Shown: piece by piece, positions 21,726 to 30,489 of the stretch
How positions within the stretch are numbered: the first letter of the stretch is position 1
Layout: each line of letters begins with the position of its first letter
Assembly (NCBI GenBank): GCA_028693275.1
Contig: JAQUVS010000001.1
Span: 129,206-193,205, forward strand
Source: Bacilli bacterium
GTDB taxonomy: Bacteria; Bacillota_I; Bacilli_A; RF39; UBA660
Reading direction: 5' to 3'
DNA length: 64,000 nucleotides
Notes under the pieces: generated by a model
Database searches by the model: none
What the model saw: only the letters and a program-made list of their open reading frames with translations
What the model was told of the DNA's origin: nothing
Translations under genes and position numbers: made by a program

Positions 21726-22520
21726 ATGTTAAAAAGAGAATTTAAAGTTAATTTAAAAAGTCTAATTCTTTGGACTGTTATTTTAATAAGTATGTTTTTA
21801 TTGGTTTTTTTAGTTTATCCTAGTATTACAAATAGTGATAGTATAAAAGAAATAGATAAACTTATGGAAATGTTTCCTAAAGAAATGCTTAAAGCTTTTA
21901 ATATGGATATTGCTAGTATAAGTAGCGTATTTGGTTGGTTCCAAACAGAAGGACAAGTATTCTTAGTCTTATTCGGGGGAATATATGCTTCTATATTAGG
22001 TAGTACAATACTAGTTAAAGAAGAAAGTGATAAGACAATAGAGTTTTTATATTCTAAACCCATTAGTAGATATAATATTATTAATTCAAAAGCAATTTGT
22101 GGGGTTATTAATATAACATTATTAATGTTTATAGTTACATTATTTAATTTAATAGGAATGGCTATTAGTAATGATTTAGTTTTAGATAAATTTTTATATT
22201 TAAGTTTATCTCCACTAATAATATTCTATTGTTTATTCTTTGTCTCATTAGCTATTTCTACTTTCTTTTCAAAATCAAAACAAACAATGGGAATAGGGAT
22301 AGGAATAGCTTTTATAAGTTACTTATTACAAACTATATCTAATATGAGTAGCAGTGTTAATTTCTTAAGATATTTTTCATTATTTGAATTAGCACCATCT
22401 AGATATATTATCGAAAACAATGGATTAAATATAATATCTGTTTTTGTAGGTATGGGAATAATGGTAGTTAGTTTATTATTTACTTATTATAATTATAATA
22501 AAAAAGAGTTCTTTTTATAA
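21726..22520 (+). CDS. ABC-2 family transporter permease
   Basis: 264 aa with 6 predicted TM helices, translationally coupled to the ATPase. Confidence 0.7.
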   Translation: MLKREFKVNLKSLILWTVILISMFLLVFLVYPSITNSDSIKEIDKLMEMFPKEMLKAFNMDIASISSVFGWFQTEGQVFLVLFGGIYASILGSTILVKEESDKTIEFLYSKPISRYNIINSKAICGVINITLLMFIVTLFNLIGMAISNDLVLDKFLYLSLSPLIIFYCLFFVSLAISTFFSKSKQTMGIGIGIAFISYLLQTISNMSSSVNFLRYFSLFELAPSRYIIENNGLNIISVFVGMGIMVVSLLFTYYNYNKKEFFL

Positions 22521-22615
22521 GATGCAACCAATATTTTACTAATTAGTTGCAAAAGAAACTTTAAGTTGGTAGAGGCAACTAGTGTTATATGTTAATATTT
22601 ATGTGAGGTGAGGAA

Positions 22616-23497
22616 ATGAAGTTTTCAAATAATTTACAAATATTAAGAAAGGAAGCAAATCTATCTCAAGAGCAATTAGCTGATAAATTAAATGTTAGTA
22701 GACAAGCTGTTTCTAAATGGGAATCTAATAGTAGTTATCCTGAGGTAGATAAGTTAATTGCTATTTGTGAGATATTTAAATGTACTTTAGATGATTTAGT
22801 TAATGGTAATGTAGAAAAGAAAGAAATAAATATAAAAGATAAGTATGATAAGTTTAATAATAAGATGAGCTTAATAATGGCTTTTGCAGTAGGGTTTATA
22901 ATACTAGGTTTATCTTTTATGTTATTTATAGAAGCTTTTGTATCTAATGATACTATTTCAAATATAAGTTCTTTTTCAGCAGTTATCTTCTTTAGTTTTG
23001 TAACTGTATCAGTATTTTGTTTTATTTATTTTGGTATGCAAATGGAAGACTTTAATAGAAAGTATAAGAATATACCAAAGATATATAGTGATCAGGAAAT
23101 GGAAGATTTTAATAAGAAATTTTCTTTAGCTATAGCAAGTGGAGTTACACTTATATTATTTGGAATAATTTTTATTTTAATATCAGAAGCAGGACAATGG
23201 TATAGTGAAGATTTTGCAGCAGCAGTATTTATGTTTTTAATATCTATATCAGTTAGTATATTTGTTTACTTTGGTATGCAAAGAGAAAAATTTCAAATAG
23301 ATAAATATAATGATAAGATTATTTATAATGAAAAATATGAATCTAAAAGTGATAAGTTATCTGGTATTATAATGATGATAGCTACTATAGTATTTTTAAT
23401 ATTAGGTTTTGTTTTTAATATGTGGCATCCAGGTTGGATAGTATTTCCAATAGGTGGAATGATATGTGGTATTATTTCAATAATTTATGAAAAATAA
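22616..23497 (+). CDS. XRE-family HTH transcriptional regulator fused to a polytopic membrane domain
   Basis: N-terminal LSQEQLADKLNVSRQAVSKWE HTH_3 motif followed by two TM-rich repeats. Confidence 0.75.
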   Translation: MKFSNNLQILRKEANLSQEQLADKLNVSRQAVSKWESNSSYPEVDKLIAICEIFKCTLDDLVNGNVEKKEINIKDKYDKFNNKMSLIMAFAVGFIILGLSFMLFIEAFVSNDTISNISSFSAVIFFSFVTVSVFCFIYFGMQMEDFNRKYKNIPKIYSDQEMEDFNKKFSLAIASGVTLILFGIIFILISEAGQWYSEDFAAAVFMFLISISVSIFVYFGMQREKFQIDKYNDKIIYNEKYESKSDKLSGIIMMIATIVFLILGFVFNMWHPGWIVFPIGGMICGIISIIYEK

Positions 23498-23553
23498 TAA
23501 AGAAAAAAATTCTTTATTTTTTTTTTATATTATGCTATAATTTATTTACACGT

Positions 23554-23627
23554 AGGGGCGTGGTATAATGGTAGCATAGGAGTCTCCAAAACTTTTGATG
23601 GGAGTTCGATTCTCTCCGCCCCTGCCA
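23554..23627 (+). tRNA. trnW: tRNA-Trp (anticodon CCA)
   Basis: AGGGGCG acceptor arm, D-loop TGGTATAATGGTAGCA, anticodon loop CTCCAAA, T-arm GGGAGTTCGATTCTCTC and 3' GCCA. Closely resembles Bacillus tRNA-Trp. Confidence 0.9.
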
Positions 23628-23692
23628 TATGAGAATAAAGCGAACTTTTACTATTTTATAGGAGGGTTCGCAGTTATATATAATCTTGAAGA

Positions 23693-23718
23693 AACACTTA
23701 AAAATTGAGTGTTTTTTT
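23693..23718 (+). terminator. rho-independent terminator after tRNA-Trp
   Basis: Hairpin AACACTtaaaaattgAGTGTT followed by T7. Confidence 0.6.
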
Positions 23719-23955
23719 ATGTGTTGTTATCTCATTATTGCTTGTTAAGGGGGGGGACTAAATAATAATTGAATTTGCATATGTAAAATATTGGTGTTAG
23801 CTCCTCGATAAAATCCCTTGCAGGTATAGATTGACTGATAAAGTATATAATTTTGTATTAAAATATTGATGTCTCTTGCTACGAAGCTCGTTTATATATA
23901 TTATATGTGATATAATTGAAGTAGCAGTAAAATTAACTAATTAAGGAGATTATAT

Positions 23956-24732
23956 ATGGAAAAAGAAAAAGAGAAAAAAAGGTTGTTAAAAATAATATAT
24001 TTTGATGAAGATAGTGCAATTGATTACATCAACATTGCTGATGGCGGATTGGTTTTAAAATCAGACGAAATAAAAGATGGAGATAAAGCACAAATGGGTA
24101 TTGATGCAGAAGTTGGGATTGAGAGTAAATTTTCATTATTTAATTTTTTCAAAGCTAATGCAAAAGTAGAAGCTAATGCAGAATTATTACGGTATGGAGA
24201 AAACATAGTAAAATCGACATTAACTAATACAATTCTTACTGATTATATTGTAAAAGCGAATATGGACAAGTATACAATGAAATTTGAAGATTATAAAATA
24301 TCTCCAATTACAAACTCATTAGCATTTTGGAAAATGTACACACCATATACTGTGATATTTAAAGATGAATATTCTGATAAAATTAGTCCTGAAGTTGACA
24401 TAACGAAATTAGATTATGTTATTGATAGTGTAAAAGGATATTATGAATTAGTAGCAGAAAAAGAGAAATCAAAAATGATTTTAAGATTTAATAGCAAGGG
24501 CTTTAGAAACAATTACAAATTATCAAATTTAATGAATATGAATTTAGTATATTATGGAGTTCTTGTTGGGTATAGTAGTCTTGAACAATATTCTGTTGAA
24601 AAAGAGTTTGATGTAAATGAAAAGGAAATAAATATAGATGAGATAAAAGGAACTGACAATTCTTCAGAAAAAGAAAAATTGCCTATATATGATATTGTTT
24701 TAGCAGGTGTAACAAATGAGACAAACAGATAA
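23956..24732 (+). CDS. hypothetical protein, upstream partner of the AAA+ ATPase (candidate two-gene system)
   Basis: 258 aa ORF with RBS AAGGAGA; I recognise no family. Overlaps the downstream gene by 17 nt. Confidence 0.55.
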   Translation: MEKEKEKKRLLKIIYFDEDSAIDYINIADGGLVLKSDEIKDGDKAQMGIDAEVGIESKFSLFNFFKANAKVEANAELLRYGENIVKSTLTNTILTDYIVKANMDKYTMKFEDYKISPITNSLAFWKMYTPYTVIFKDEYSDKISPEVDITKLDYVIDSVKGYYELVAEKEKSKMILRFNSKGFRNNYKLSNLMNMNLVYYGVLVGYSSLEQYSVEKEFDVNEKEINIDEIKGTDNSSEKEKLPIYDIVLAGVTNETNR

Positions 24733-25888
24733 ACCAAAAGTATTTATTTACTATGGACCTAGAAAAGAATTTGATAAATTAATTAAGAGCAAAAACGATA
24801 AAGAAGATTTTATGCCTGTTGTACAGGAATATGACAGGGAAAATAAACGAATACCAATTTATGTAGAAGGACAAACACCAAAAGTTGTTGATGTTAAAGA
24901 AAAAAGAAATATAAAAACATTAGTTGTTAATTCCGATGAATATTCAACCATTACAGAAGGTGCTGTTCAAAATCTTATTGCTATTCTTGATGGATTTGAT
25001 ATAGAAGAAATTTATCTACAAAATCCTCCAAAAGTAGTTGTGGAAAGTTTAAAGAAAGTATATCAAAATATATCAGAAGATTATTATGATTATGGGAAAA
25101 TAGATTTAGAGACAATTAAAGTTATAAATAGAAATTATCAAAAAAAAGTAATTGGTCAGGATAAAGCAATAAAACATTTATTGAGAACATTATTATCTTT
25201 TGTAAAATTTCCTAAAACTTCAAAACCATTAGTTATTATGTTTTATGGTCCTAGTGGAGTTGGAAAAACAGAGACTGCAAAGTATTTGAGTAAAAAAATG
25301 GGTGGAGAAATGTTTTATAAACAATTTTCTATGTTTCAAAATAATGATTTCTCCACTTACTTATTTGGTGGATTGAACTCACAAAATAGTTTTGCTAAAG
25401 AATTGATGGATAGAAATTCAAATGTAATTCTATTAGATGAATTCGATAAGGCACATAATCATTTTTATTCAGCATTTTATCAGTTATTTGATGAAGGAAT
25501 TTACACAGATAAAAATTACAATGTAAAACTTGACAACGCAATAATTATTTGTACATCAAACTACAAAACTACGGAGGAGATAAGAGAAAAGTTAGGAGAC
25601 CCTATTTATTATAGATTTAACGCATTCATTGAATTTAATGAATTGGATTATAAAGCTATTGAACAAATTGTTGATATTAAATATGATGAATATTATTCAC
25701 AACTATCAAATGAAGATAAGCTTTTAATTGATACACATAAATATCAAAACCTATCAATAAAAGAAAATATCAAAAATTATAACAAGAGGCTTAAAAATGC
25801 AAGAAAAATAGATATAATAGTAAAAGAGTTTATACTAGACATTTTATTAGAAAAAGCATTACAAGAAGAAGAAAATAAAGATATATAA
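24716..25888 (+). CDS. ClpA/ClpB D2-type (AAA_2) AAA+ ATPase with unknown ~150-aa N-terminal domain
   Basis: VIGQDKAIKHLL..PLVIMFYGPSGVGKTETAKYLS..VILLDEFDKAHNHFYSAFYQLFDEG..IIICTSN matches the AAA_2 (Clp D2) consensus. Confidence 0.75.
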   Translation: MRQTDKPKVFIYYGPRKEFDKLIKSKNDKEDFMPVVQEYDRENKRIPIYVEGQTPKVVDVKEKRNIKTLVVNSDEYSTITEGAVQNLIAILDGFDIEEIYLQNPPKVVVESLKKVYQNISEDYYDYGKIDLETIKVINRNYQKKVIGQDKAIKHLLRTLLSFVKFPKTSKPLVIMFYGPSGVGKTETAKYLSKKMGGEMFYKQFSMFQNNDFSTYLFGGLNSQNSFAKELMDRNSNVILLDEFDKAHNHFYSAFYQLFDEGIYTDKNYNVKLDNAIIICTSNYKTTEEIREKLGDPIYYRFNAFIEFNELDYKAIEQIVDIKYDEYYSQLSNEDKLLIDTHKYQNLSIKENIKNYNKRLKNARKIDIIVKEFILDILLEKALQEEENKDI

Positions 25889-26006
25889 AAATATAATAAA
25901 TTAATTTATGAATGTATGAAAATAATTAAAAATTTTTATATAGAGGTCAATGTCAAGACTTGTATTAAATGTTTTGCAGTTCAAAACGATTTAAAAAAGC
26001 TAATAA

Positions 26007-26035
26007 AAAAGCACTATCAAAAGTGCTTTTTCTTT
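26007..26035 (+). terminator. rho-independent terminator of the two-gene cassette
   Basis: AAAAGCACTatcaaAAGTGCTTTTT hairpin followed by T-run. Confidence 0.7.
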
Positions 26036-26113
26036 GTAATATATAGCTTTGCCCGTTGCGAACTCCGTCTGCAATTTTTACATATAAATTGTAGTTTGTT
26101 AGTAAGAAATTAT

Positions 26114-26764
26114 TCACTCAACTAATATGCATTTATCAAAATGTTTTCTCTCATAAGTTCCAACACATACAATATCTCTTTGGTTATTATTAATATCTAT
26201 TTCGTCAATAAATTTTAGTTCAAAGCCATCAACATTAAAATTTTTATTATCTATATCTGTGTAGTATTTTTCACTGACAAAATTTTCAATTTTTATATAC
26301 TCGTTAATAATATACATTCTATTCTGACTGATGATTTCTTCCAAGTTATCAGCATCATATTTTAATAACGGATTTTCAATAGTAGATTCGACATAAGATA
26401 TGAGCATTGCACTTTCATCATCGTTTGCCACTTTATTATAAACATTTCCATTATGAATAAGTGTGTTTTCATCAACATATTCATATTCCCAATTTTGATT
26501 TCCAAAGTACATATTAGATAGTGAATATATTTTTACTTCCTTATATTGATAGTCAGTATAGCCAGTATATAAAACTGAATTATCTTTAAATATTAAATAA
26601 GTATTTAATTCTTCATTGATAGTACTATCATATGTAATTTTATCCCTACTAATCCAATTCCCCTGTAACATTTCCATTATATTATTTTTCGTTATCTTTC
26701 CACAACCTAATAGAGTAAAACACATAACTGTTGTCAACAAACCAAATAATAATTTCTTTTTCAT
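26114..26764 (-). CDS. lipoprotein (signal peptide plus lipobox LLGC)
   Basis: MKKKLLFGLLTTVMCFTLLGCGK.. N-terminus; no recognisable domain. Confidence 0.6.
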   Translation of the reverse strand: MKKKLLFGLLTTVMCFTLLGCGKITKNNIMEMLQGNWISRDKITYDSTINEELNTYLIFKDNSVLYTGYTDYQYKEVKIYSLSNMYFGNQNWEYEYVDENTLIHNGNVYNKVANDDESAMLISYVESTIENPLLKYDADNLEEIISQNRMYIINEYIKIENFVSEKYYTDIDNKNFNVDGFELKFIDEIDINNNQRDIVCVGTYERKHFDKCILVE

Positions 26765-26864
26765 AAATACCTCCCGCTTTTGTACAAATTACTGTTTATT
26801 TAATTATAACATACAAAAAATAAATTAATTATTTGTCTTATAAATTTCTTTTCCATAACGTAAT

Positions 26865-27176
26865 TTATTTCTCATATTTTTTATTTGCTAGTTGGTTGTT
26901 AGTTAGTTTTAATTGTCTAATAATTTCCCCGAAACCATACATAAATAGACCGCTTATAAGTGAAGTTGAAAAGCCTATTATTAGAATGCCAAAATTAAGT
27001 GTTTGTTCACATATTGAGTAATCTCCGCAAGTTTCTTCAATTGAGATAATAAAACTACCTACAATTCCAAAGATAGTTAATACAATTGCCACTATTTGAT
27101 ATATATTTTTTTTGTCCGAATTATCTTTTCCCGTAGATTTGTTATCTAGCTTATTAAAAAAATCATCATTATTCAT
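26865..27176 (-). CDS. small membrane protein (2 TM)
   Basis: 103 aa with two hydrophobic helices; overlaps the upstream gene in the same minus-strand operon. Confidence 0.45.
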   Translation of the reverse strand: MNNDDFFNKLDNKSTGKDNSDKKNIYQIVAIVLTIFGIVGSFIISIEETCGDYSICEQTLNFGILIIGFSTSLISGLFMYGFGEIIRQLKLTNNQLANKKYEK

Positions 27177-27819
27177 TCTCTATTCTCCTTTTAATTATAT
27201 TTTTCATATATAAATTTAAATAAATATTAAAAATTATCATATATAAAAATCTTGATATATTTATTAATAAATTTAATATTTCATATTTTAAATTTATTGA
27301 CTTAAAGTTCTGTAATATAAAAATACCTATATGTGAAGTTGCAAATACAAACGCTATTATAAATAATGTGTTAGTCAATTTAAATGGTAATAAAATTTTT
27401 TTACTCCTTTTATTTATACTATACATTAAATTAATACACATAATCGTATTTAATAATGAATATGTGATATTAATTATATCAAAGCTATTTACAGATATTT
27501 TATTTGAAATAGCAATAATCCAACTTATAGAAAGAATAATCATTTGAATTATTAGACAAATATTTAATAGTTTCATATGTTTTATGTGCTTTTTAAATAA
27601 TATAATTAAAAAATATATTATGGGAATTAACATTCCAGTATAATTAAACATATCTCTAATTGTAACTCTAACAAAGTATAATTTATCATAAGTATTAAAA
27701 GCCCAACTATAATTATAAATTAATAATAGTACAAAGGTTATAAAACATATATATAAGCAAGCCATACATAATTTTTTGGGATTATTTAATTTTTCTATTT
27801 TCATTTTTCCTCCGTTCAT
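27169..27819 (-). CDS. polytopic membrane protein
   Basis: 216 aa, 6 predicted TM; first gene of a minus-strand operon divergent from the HTH gene at 27998. Confidence 0.5.
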   Translation of the reverse strand: MNGGKMKIEKLNNPKKLCMACLYICFITFVLLLIYNYSWAFNTYDKLYFVRVTIRDMFNYTGMLIPIIYFLIILFKKHIKHMKLLNICLIIQMIILSISWIIAISNKISVNSFDIINITYSLLNTIMCINLMYSINKRSKKILLPFKLTNTLFIIAFVFATSHIGIFILQNFKSINLKYEILNLLINISRFLYMIIFNIYLNLYMKNIIKRRIENE

Positions 27820-27997
27820 TTCTCATATTATCTAAATTTTCCTAATTATAGATAATTATATTTGTTTCCAACCATTAAAATTAACTTCCGTAATAAGTTT
27901 ATCACATTTCAGATGAAACAGCAACTACTCACAGCTGTCGTTAATGCTATTTATTATGAAATAATTATTATATAGCAATTAACGGTGGTGGTTAGTA

Positions 27998-28240
27998 ATG
28001 AAAATAAAAAAAGATGATTTGAATTATATATATTTTTGGGTAGGGAAAAACATCAAGAAGTATAGAAAAGAATTGAATATTACTCAACGAGAGTTAGCAG
28101 AGCGATGTAATTTTAGCGAAACATTTATTCGTAATTTAGAAAATGATAGTTGGCAAACTTGTTCATTAAATTCACTTTACTTAATTTCTAAAGTTTTGGG
28201 AGTTCATATTAGACAGTTATTTGATGATATAAAAGAATAA
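27998..28240 (+). CDS. XRE-family HTH transcriptional regulator (phage-repressor-like)
   Basis: 80 aa; ITQRELAERCNFSETFIRNLEND HTH_3 motif; RBS GGTGGTGG. Confidence 0.7.
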   Translation: MKIKKDDLNYIYFWVGKNIKKYRKELNITQRELAERCNFSETFIRNLENDSWQTCSLNSLYLISKVLGVHIRQLFDDIKE

Positions 28241-28350
28241 AAAAGTACACTTAGAAGTGTATTTTTTTGTTTCCTGTTTTTCAGATAATGAATTATACTA
28301 CCTTAACTTAATATATTACAATAAGCCACTCTATATGCGTAGTTTTTAAG

Positions 28351-28647
28351 TTAAAAATATAGATTTGCTACTCTTTTATTTACTTTGTAATATTTACAAC
28401 CGTATCCCCTTTTTGTTTTAATGAAACCAATCTCTTCAAGTTTATCTATATACTTTTTAAGCGTTTTTTCTTCAACATATATAGTATCTGCAAGTTCATT
28501 ATTTCGAATTAAAGTATAACCATCTAACTTTTCTCCTACATTACATCTATAGTAAATTTTAGAAGCTAGAACAGCAATGCTTACATCCTTAACTTTATCC
28601 AGCAGTTTTATAGAACATTTGTAAAAGTCTTTTTCATTTGAATTCAT
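28351..28647 (-). CDS. small HTH DNA-binding protein (mobile-element regulatory or replication-associated type)
   Basis: 98 aa from the internal ATG with an AAAGAGGTG RBS. The C-terminal ..DTIYVEEKTLKKYIDKLEEIGFIKTKRG.. resembles a winged HTH. Confidence 0.45.
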   Translation of the reverse strand: MNSNEKDFYKCSIKLLDKVKDVSIAVLASKIYYRCNVGEKLDGYTLIRNNELADTIYVEEKTLKKYIDKLEEIGFIKTKRGYGCKYYKVNKRVANLYF

Positions 28648-28887
28648 TTTTTTACACCTCTTTAATTCGGAAATTTTTTCGTAATTAAAAAAGACTATCT
28701 TTTTATAGAAAAATATTGTTTTTACCTTATAACTAAATAGATTAAACAAATTTAGTTAATTTTCATTCGGGAAAATTTACCATATATATATAATATACAA
28801 GTATATTATATATTAATAGATAGAAGGTAAATTATATATAGAACTCTATCTATTTATTTCATAAATAGATAGATACAAATTAACTAT

Positions 28888-29160
28888 TTAATCTTCTTTT
28901 GTTTTTCTTCTATTATGCATTCCTATAAGCGTAGATATTGATATAATCTTTTTTAAGTTATCATCATTAAAACCTAACTTATATTCAAACGAACAAATAC
29001 AACCATTATAATAATCTATGCTAGTAGGTCGTCCTAGGTATTTCGATAAAGTTTTATAAATATGTTCTTTTGTGGAATATAATTTAATTACTTTATCAAA
29101 GTAATCTATATTAATAATAGTTTCTTGCTCATCTTTTGGAATTGAATGAAATGTACTCAT
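28888..29160 (-). CDS. hypothetical protein
   Basis: 90 aa ORF divergent from the 29399 regulator; I recognise no family. Confidence 0.4.
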   Translation of the reverse strand: MSTFHSIPKDEQETIINIDYFDKVIKLYSTKEHIYKTLSKYLGRPTSIDYYNGCICSFEYKLGFNDDNLKKIISISTLIGMHNRRKTKED

Positions 29161-29338
29161 TATTATTTCTTCCTTTCTATTTTAAAAGTTTGTTTCGAAA
29201 CAATAAAAGATTATCAAATAAAAAAAAGGAATTCAATAACTTTAAAGCAATTAGAATATATAAGTTTCTTATTCTTTTTAAAATATTTTACGCACACAAA
29301 TGTTATGAATAATATTTTTATAAAACACACTAAAATCG

Positions 29339-29367
29339 TTGACAATTGTTTTTGTGTGTGGTACAAT
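29339..29367 (+). promoter_or_regulatory. sigma-A promoter
   Basis: TTGACA at 29339-29344, a 17-bp spacer, then an extended -10 TGtggTACAAT ending at 29367, ~30 nt upstream of the RBS AAAGGAGG. Confidence 0.6.
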
Positions 29368-29398
29368 TTTATCATAAACACAGAAAGGAGGCGTAATA

Positions 29399-30147
29399 TG
29401 AAACAGGAAGAAAGAGAAAATCAAAAACAAAAATTAACTGAAGATACAAAAAAAGTATTTGCAAGTAGGCTTAGATTACTTCGTGAAGAGAGAGGCTACA
29501 CGCAAGCTCAATTAGCAAAAAAAATCTGTCTAACAACATCTTCTATTCAAAAATTTGAATTGCAAGAGAGATTTCCAAGTGGGATTGATTTGATTATGAT
29601 ATCAAAAGAGTTTGATGTTTCGATAGATTTTCTAATTGGGAAAACAGAAAATAGAAAAGTTGAATATTCCTCTTTTGATGAATTGGGATTGCAAACAGAA
29701 GCGATTGATACTTTAAAGCAACTTAATGATTTAGTTTATAGAGAAAAAAGGCTTAATGAAAAAGCACTTTTAACTCTTGATACATTAAATTTATTGCTAA
29801 CAAAGAAAAACAGCAATATTTTATATAGTATAGGAAATATTTTACTGATAAAAAAAGTATTTGATAACTATTTTGCAAAAAGTTTAAAAGTGAAGAATAA
29901 CTTTACAAAATATCCAGCATATGAATTATATAGTTTTAAACTATTAAAAAATATAGATACATTTTGTGAAGAAAACTCAAGCAAATGCTTAACTAATGCA
30001 TTAATCAAAAATGTTGATAATGTTAAGGATTTGGAAAATCTTACTTCTCAACTTGATATGATAGAACAACAAATAGTTAATAGTCCAAAAGATTATTTTT
30101 ATACACCAACAGAACAAAAAATATTATTTCAAGAAGAGAATAAATAA
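29399..30147 (+). CDS. XRE-family HTH regulator with ~170-aa C-terminal domain
   Basis: RLRLLREERGYTQAQLAKKI.. HTH_3 motif. Start at ATG 29399 after a GGAGG RBS; the track start 29146 is upstream of the promoter. Confidence 0.7.
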
Positions 30148-30275
30148 AAAAAGACCTATTACTGTTCGAGCAGTAATAAGTCGAGACACATAAAAATACT
30201 TTCAGCGAGATTTCTTTTTATGTGTCTATATTATATAACAAAAATTAAAATAAAGAAATATAGAGGAGAAAAAAT

Positions 30276-30488
30276 ATGACAAAAACAATTATTGATTTAA
30301 TTACTAGTGAATTAAATTTTAAAGAAATTAGGGATTATGTAAGTGATAATATGGTTGATTATATTAATTACATAAAAGAAGAAATGTTTATAAAAGTTTA
30401 TAAGAAGATTGGGAATAAAATTATAATTTCCGATTTACAAAGAGAGTTTGAAAATAGACAAGATTTAATAAAGGAGGCTTTGAATTAA
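30276..30488 (+). CDS. small hypothetical protein, possible recombination directionality or accessory factor
   Basis: 70 aa ORF with RBS GAGGAGA, translationally coupled to the recombinase (stop at 30488, ATG at 30490). Confidence 0.45.
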   Translation: MTKTIIDLITSELNFKEIRDYVSDNMVDYINYIKEEMFIKVYKKIGNKIIISDLQREFENRQDLIKEALN

Positions 30489-30489
30489 T

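Noticed and set aside
23628-23760. Duplicated tRNA-Trp 3'-end att repeat marking a tyrosine-integrase island
   Set aside because: No tyrosine integrase is present, the recombinase at 30490 is a serine recombinase (which does not usually target tRNAs), and I could not find a second copy of the tRNA 3' end in the window.
25916-26125. 69-aa track ORF downstream of the AAA+ gene
   Set aside because: It spans the rho-independent terminator at 26007-26035 and the convergent gene end, has no RBS, and has low-complexity composition. Likely not coding.
26616-27021. Track ORFs 26616-26828 and 26833-27021 on the + strand
   Set aside because: They overlap, on the antisense strand, the better-supported minus-strand lipoprotein and membrane-protein genes, and have no RBS. 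AT-rich genomes generate many such spurious ORFs.
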